Of a stretch of 64,000 nucleotides of DNA, positions 63,293 to 64,000 are shown one piece after another. The position numbers and the translations under genes were made by a program. How positions within the stretch are numbered: position 1 is the stretch's first letter; each line of letters begins with the position of its first letter. The stretch comes from a virus. The notes under the pieces were generated by a model. It was not told where the DNA came from. It worked only from the letters and a program-made list of their open reading frames with translations, and made no database searches. The stretch is from the IMG/VR virus record IMGVR_UViG_3300046740_000431, positions 28,027-92,026 of that record; one strand, 5' to 3'.

Positions 63293-64000
63293 CGCATGAT
63301 GGTGGCTCCGCGTCGCCGAGTCGCGCCACCGCCGTCCGTGCTCTCGCCCGCGCGCCAGCCGCGACGCTCGAGCCACTTGGCCAACGACGTCGCGGCCATT
63401 CCGATCGACCTGGCGGCCGGCGTGACGCCGCCGGCGCCGCGGATCGCGGCGAGCCGCTGGCAGGCGTTCTCGATCTCGCCGTGCGACCCGTGCGCGCGCC
63501 TGCGGACCCACGCGATGTCATACTCGGACGTCAGGCCGGCCTCGCGCGCGTACGCGGCGACGACGGCGTCGAGGTCGGCACGGCTGTCGACTGGCTGGAT
63601 CATGATCGGATCGATCTCGTACGGGGCGATCGAGACCCCGAACTCCGACAGCGGCCGGCAGATTATGAGCCTGACCTCGCGCAGCGCTTCTCGGCTGACC
63701 TCGAAGTCCGGCGGCATCCTGCTGCTCAGCATGCAGATCGTCCCGCCGTGGGCGGCAGCCAGCGCTGACGCCGTCGTCCTGTAGCTGATCGGAGCACGCA
63801 CGCTCTCGTGACCCTTGCCGCTGTGCCGCCGCGGGTCGCACATCACGAACGGGCGATCGGTGTTGGATCCGCGTGCTCGATCGATCTCGATGCAGCGCCT
63901 GTGGATGCTGAGGGCGATCCTCGGCAGCCACTCCTCGCCGGCGAGCACGAGCGGCACCACGCGGTGCGTAGAGAGACGCAGCGAACGGGCGGCACGGTCG
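63289..64000 (-). CDS. degenerate sigma54-activator (NtrC/Fis)-like protein, 5' end probably outside the window
   Basis: PLVLAGE, IA..IH, RPFV.CD, A.GGTI, VRLII, GEIEN...RL, then a Fis-type HTH AARSIGMAATSLAKWL; Walker A GKT and GAFTGA not present. Confidence 0.65.
   Translation of the reverse strand, partial: DRAARSLRLSTHRVVPLVLAGEEWLPRIALSIHRRCIEIDRARGSNTDRPFVMCDPRRHSGKGHESVRAPISYRTTASALAAAHGGTICMLSSRMPPDFEVSREALREVRLIICRPLSEFGVSIAPYEIDPIMIQPVDSRADLDAVVAAYAREAGLTSEYDIAWVRRRAHGSHGEIENACQRLAAIRGAGGVTPAARSIGMAATSLAKWLERRGWRAGESTDGGGATRRRGATIMR

Overview
The whole window reads as part of one GC-rich (roughly 70% by eye) tailed-phage genome with a contractile (myovirus-type) tail. No host housekeeping genes, integrase, portal or capsid genes are visible. 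Almost everything is on the minus strand. From right to left: a tail and baseplate module (46.8-63.3 kb); lysis genes (44.8-46.8 kb); a plus-strand early operon with YqaJ, RecT, ParB, a UDG-like protein and LuxR (38.8-44.8 kb); a Cro-like HTH, a replication initiator with an internal origin-like tract, and DnaB; a long accessory and DNA-modification region (Dam-like, MT-A70, Mom and Dcm enzymes, RusA, SNF2 helicase, dUTPase, two ASCH proteins, EndoVII, DUF5131, GP88); a second cassette of structural-looking genes (7.1-11.2 kb); TerS/TerL; and an initiator-type tRNA-Met. Two proteins resemble families I associate with myxobacteria, so a Myxococcota host is inferred but not proven. The most notable observations are: (1) a tRNA-shaped RNA with a 38-nt anticodon arm abutting an RBS, transcribed behind an unannotated 37-aa membrane peptide; (2) a set of candidate immune-signal countermeasures (an Acb2/Tad1-like sponge hidden in a longer ORF call, a RyR-domain protein, a SLOG protein and an NDT-like protein); (3) an EndoVII gene inserted into an ASCH gene, carrying a synonymously recoded replacement N-terminus; and (4) recurrent leaderless-promoter architecture. 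All family assignments come from motif recognition by eye, not database searches.
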